DNA of 46,419 nucleotides, taken from a virus. Its lineage: Duplodnaviria; Caudoviricetes. A program made the position numbers and the translations under genes. The stretch lies in IMG/VR virus record IMGVR_UViG_3300005326_000070, positions 1 to 46,419 of that record. The stretch is one strand, 5' to 3'. Each line of letters begins with the position of its first letter. Position 1 is the first letter of the stretch. Below are positions 43,473 through 46,419 of this stretch, in pieces. The notes beneath the pieces are model-generated. The model was not told where the DNA came from and did no database searches. It saw only the letters and a program-made list of their open reading frames with translations.

Positions 43473-45524
43473 TTGGCTAAGTTCCCAGATGAAAAGTTAG
43501 TGGCGTTAAAGAACGAAATAATCATGGCAGAAGCCATTAACCGTGAGGAGCTTTTGCCAATATGCACCGAATCGCTTCACAGATATATCGGTGATTTTGT
43601 TCCTCCGGTAGGGTTCGGATGGGATATTCTACTTAACGAAGTCTATCCGATAATCCAGAACAATCTTCCTTCTATCTTCTTCCGCAACCCAAGAGCATTT
43701 CTAAAGCCGAGGTCTAAGACATACATCGCAAAGAAGCTCAATCCGGTTACCGGACGCAAGGAAGATACAGTCATTGATTCTACCTTATCAGCCAGAACTC
43801 AGGAGCATATATTAAACTACAGCGTGTCTGAGATGGACTACAAGAAAGAAGCAAGGAAGACCCTGCTTGACGCACTTTTGTTCCCTTATGGGGTAATGTG
43901 GCACGGATATAAGGGTGATTTCGGTATGACTGAGGAGCAGTCCATCTTTATCAAGGACGAAAAGGTCTTTGTAAAGAGGATATCTCCTCTTCGCTTTATT
44001 CACGATCCAAAAGTAACCATATCTAACCTTGAGGAAGCTCGCTGGGTAGGACGGATTATCGACGTTCCGATAAACGAGATTATCGAGGACGACAAGTTAG
44101 ACGTTGACAAGAAACTGATTAAAGGCTTTAAAGGGTTCGGCGAGAAAGTCGGCAAAGGTTCGGAGAGTAAAGTAAACATCGGCGGTAAGGACATTGTAAC
44201 GCTCGGCAGTAACAAAAAAGCACTTCTTGACTATACCGCAAATGAATTTCAGGAATCCTCAGACGCAAGATTTGTAAGAGTTTACGAAATATTCCTCAGG
44301 CCTTCCAAGAAAGAAAAACGCAACGGAGATAACGGCTGGATTCTGCTTCTTACTGACGAGCAGAATAAACCCCTACGCCAAAGTCCATGGGGAATTAAGG
44401 CAGAGGGATTTCCGGCTCATATACTAGAGTTTAATGAGCTACCAGATAACCTATTCGGTCTTTGCGATGTTGATACCTATAAGCAGGTCGCAGACCAGAA
44501 GAACGCAATCATAAACTTACAGCTTAGGAACGCACAGGAGAACACAAAGGTATGGGTAGGTCTTTCTAAAGAAGGTGCAAACGAAGAAGACATTACCAAG
44601 ATACAGCGTGGCGAGAACACTATTATAACCTTTGAAAGCGGCAATCCTAAAGACAGGATGTTCGTAGCTTCGGGCGGTGGACAGGCTTCGGGCGAACTTT
44701 ACTTGATCGACCAGAGAATCCAGAAGAATCTCGAGGACAAGTCTGGGGTTACTGATTTAAAGCGAGGTTTCTTGCAGTCTGGCGAGGAGAGTGCGGCTTC
44801 GGTAAAGATTCGCAACGCAGGCGGTGCGGCAAGACCAGCCTACAGACAAGACTTAATGGCAGAGTTCCTTAAAAAGAGCTTTCATTATATAAATCAGTTA
44901 AATAAACAGTTCGTTCCTTACGATGACGCCGTAAGAATTGTCGGCAGTTTAGACTTGGAATGGTCGGACAAACCCAGCAAAGAAGACCTGCAGGCAGATA
45001 CGGACGTTGAGATTGACGTTATCTCGATGCTTCCTGAGAACCCAGAGAAAGAAATTCAGGAAGTGAACTCTCTGTTGATAATGATGTTCAACGCCTTGCA
45101 GACACCTGAGATTAGAGAGAAACTCCTGCAAGAGGGCAAGACGATAAACCTTTCTCCGCTTATCGAGCAGTTGCTAATGAGGATGAAGATTAGGAATCCA
45201 GACGTGTTCAGGAACATCAAGCCTGAAGAAAGCGAAGGATACGTCAGCGTTAAGGAGATGAGAGAGGCAAACGAGAACGTAAATGCGGCGTTAATGGGTT
45301 CTCAAGTGCCTTTCCCACCGACCGAGAAGGACGACCACAGGGCAAAGATCGAAGTTTATATGTCGGTGCAGAAACTTTTACAAGCCGCAGGTCAAGTATC
45401 TGATACTTTAGAGCAGTTGATACAGGTTCAGTCTGCTCTTTTACAGAAAGTTATGGAAAAAGACGAAAACGTAGGTCAACAGATACAATTACCGAGACCA
45501 AAAGTAGAAATGATAGGAGGATAA
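43473..45524 (+). CDS. Portal protein (P22-like)
   Basis: 683 aa after terL; KRISPLRFIHDP, SGVTDLKRG, DDHRAKIEV; GGAGG RBS with TTG start. Confidence 0.88.
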   Translation: MAKFPDEKLVALKNEIIMAEAINREELLPICTESLHRYIGDFVPPVGFGWDILLNEVYPIIQNNLPSIFFRNPRAFLKPRSKTYIAKKLNPVTGRKEDTVIDSTLSARTQEHILNYSVSEMDYKKEARKTLLDALLFPYGVMWHGYKGDFGMTEEQSIFIKDEKVFVKRISPLRFIHDPKVTISNLEEARWVGRIIDVPINEIIEDDKLDVDKKLIKGFKGFGEKVGKGSESKVNIGGKDIVTLGSNKKALLDYTANEFQESSDARFVRVYEIFLRPSKKEKRNGDNGWILLLTDEQNKPLRQSPWGIKAEGFPAHILEFNELPDNLFGLCDVDTYKQVADQKNAIINLQLRNAQENTKVWVGLSKEGANEEDITKIQRGENTIITFESGNPKDRMFVASGGGQASGELYLIDQRIQKNLEDKSGVTDLKRGFLQSGEESAASVKIRNAGGAARPAYRQDLMAEFLKKSFHYINQLNKQFVPYDDAVRIVGSLDLEWSDKPSKEDLQADTDVEIDVISMLPENPEKEIQEVNSLLIMMFNALQTPEIREKLLQEGKTINLSPLIEQLLMRMKIRNPDVFRNIKPEESEGYVSVKEMREANENVNAALMGSQVPFPPTEKDDHRAKIEVYMSVQKLLQAAGQVSDTLEQLIQVQSALLQKVMEKDENVGQQIQLPRPKVEMIGG

Positions 45525-45525
45525 G

Positions 45526-45732
45526 GTGCAATTTATAGCTATTGCGGAAGATATTCTGGTGAATCCTGAGAAGATTTCGACATTGACGATGAAAAAAGTC
45601 GATGGCAAGCAGAGAATTGTCGTTACTATGGACGATGGCAAGCAACATATCGTAGATAGAAACTTCGGAAGCGTTCATTCTGACTTAATTCGAGCTGGAT
45701 ATACTTCAACTGAGCAGTTCTGGGCTGGATAA
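45526..45732 (+). CDS. Small beta-rich hypothetical protein
   Basis: GGAGG RBS; ILVNPEKI motif. Confidence 0.65.
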   Translation: MQFIAIAEDILVNPEKISTLTMKKVDGKQRIVVTMDDGKQHIVDRNFGSVHSDLIRAGYTSTEQFWAG

Positions 45733-45833
45733 TGGCGTATTTGATTTCTATTTCCAGAAATGTATTGATAGACCCTGCAAAAGTATCTGCGGTTGAGGTA
45801 GATTGGTATGAACACACGGACAAAGGAGCATAA
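45732..45833 (+). CDS. 33-aa paralogue-like ORF of the preceding gene's N-terminus
   Basis: MAYLISISRNVLIDPAKVSAV resembles MQFIAIAEDILVNPEKISTL; TAATG couplings at both ends. Confidence 0.5.
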   Translation: MAYLISISRNVLIDPAKVSAVEVDWYEHTDKGA

Positions 45834-46186
45834 TGGCGAACGTAATTACAAGGGAAGACCACAATTACAAGCATTTCAATCGGGCAATGGGAATTAAAAT
45901 AGAATCCAAGGCTCACTACGAATACGAAATGAAGCGCAGGGGTATGGTTTCACAGGAAAAGGCAGACTATTTAGCACAGGTAGCACAAAACAAAGCCAAT
46001 TCAGCACCAAAGAACGAGTTTTCGCCTGAAGCAAGAGCGATTATCCAAGCGGCGAAGGCATCAAAGGATAAAAAAGGCAGGGTCAGGTTAGGAGATAACA
46101 CAATAGACGCAATGAAGAAGTTAGGAGTTGCAATCGGTAATCCGAACACTCCAAGAGAATCAATTCAAGGTGGTTTTTCAGTATAG
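45833..46186 (+). CDS. Hypothetical protein between portal and scaffold
   Basis: AAGGAG RBS; basic protein; HFNRAMG..IESK.HY...MKRRG. Confidence 0.65.
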   Translation: MANVITREDHNYKHFNRAMGIKIESKAHYEYEMKRRGMVSQEKADYLAQVAQNKANSAPKNEFSPEARAIIQAAKASKDKKGRVRLGDNTIDAMKKLGVAIGNPNTPRESIQGGFSV

Positions 46187-46213
46187 ACCAACGCCAACCA
46201 AAAGGAGCGAGTC

Positions 46214-46419
46214 ATGGAAGAAGTAAAGGCAGTAGCAGTAGAAACAGCACCAGAAGTAAAGGCAGAAGTCAAGCCGGAATCAAAAGAACCTGACTTAATG
46301 ACCAGGATTTCTCAGTTCAAAGTAACCGAGAAGAAAGCAGAACCGATAGAAAAAAGCGTTGAGGAGCATAAACTTGACGATAAATTCGATTATAGCAAGC
46401 TAAAGGAGATTAAAACCCC
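46214..46419 (+). CDS. 5' part of the scaffolding protein gene (continues into 2-790)
   Basis: AAGGAG-N6-ATG at 46214, 28 codons upstream of and in frame with ATG 46298 (= position 2). Confidence 0.8.
   Translation, partial: MEEVKAVAVETAPEVKAEVKPESKEPDLMTRISQFKVTEKKAEPIEKSVEEHKLDDKFDYSKLKEIKT
46297..46419. repeat. 123-bp direct terminal overlap (copy 2)
   Basis: Identical to 1-123. Confidence 0.97.

Noticed and set aside
46297-46419. 123-bp terminal repeat as a biological direct terminal repeat
   Set aside because: It falls inside a coding sequence and has the size of an assembler overlap; it indicates circularity only.
1-46419. Stop-codon reassignment
   Set aside because: Core genes are full length in the standard code, and TAA, TAG and TGA all serve as stops at tight gene junctions.

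Overview
A complete, circularly permuted genome of a tailed dsDNA bacteriophage (unit length 46,296 bp; bases 1-123 recur at 46297-46419). The gene set is podovirus-like: P22-type portal, tubular tail proteins, three ejection proteins and no tape measure. The + strand (40703 through the junction to 20249) carries the packaging, head, tail and lysis genes. The - strand (40551 down to 20243) carries early/replication genes followed by an ~8 kb sugar-biosynthesis and glycosylation cluster. No integrase, DNA polymerase, tRNA or CRISPR array was recognised. The most unusual feature is a possible phage-encoded secretion plus glycosylation system. Three fibre/adhesin-like genes in the morphogenesis operon each begin with a Sec-type signal peptide. 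A TMTC-like multi-pass GT-C glycosyltransferase sits between the holin and tail genes. The opposite strand encodes a DdhC/RfbH 3-dehydrase, a minimal split transketolase, a reductase, two GT2s, a split GT4, a SAM methyltransferase and a B12 radical SAM enzyme, consistent with making and transferring a branched 3,6-dideoxy sugar. All calls come from motif recognition by eye; no searches were run.
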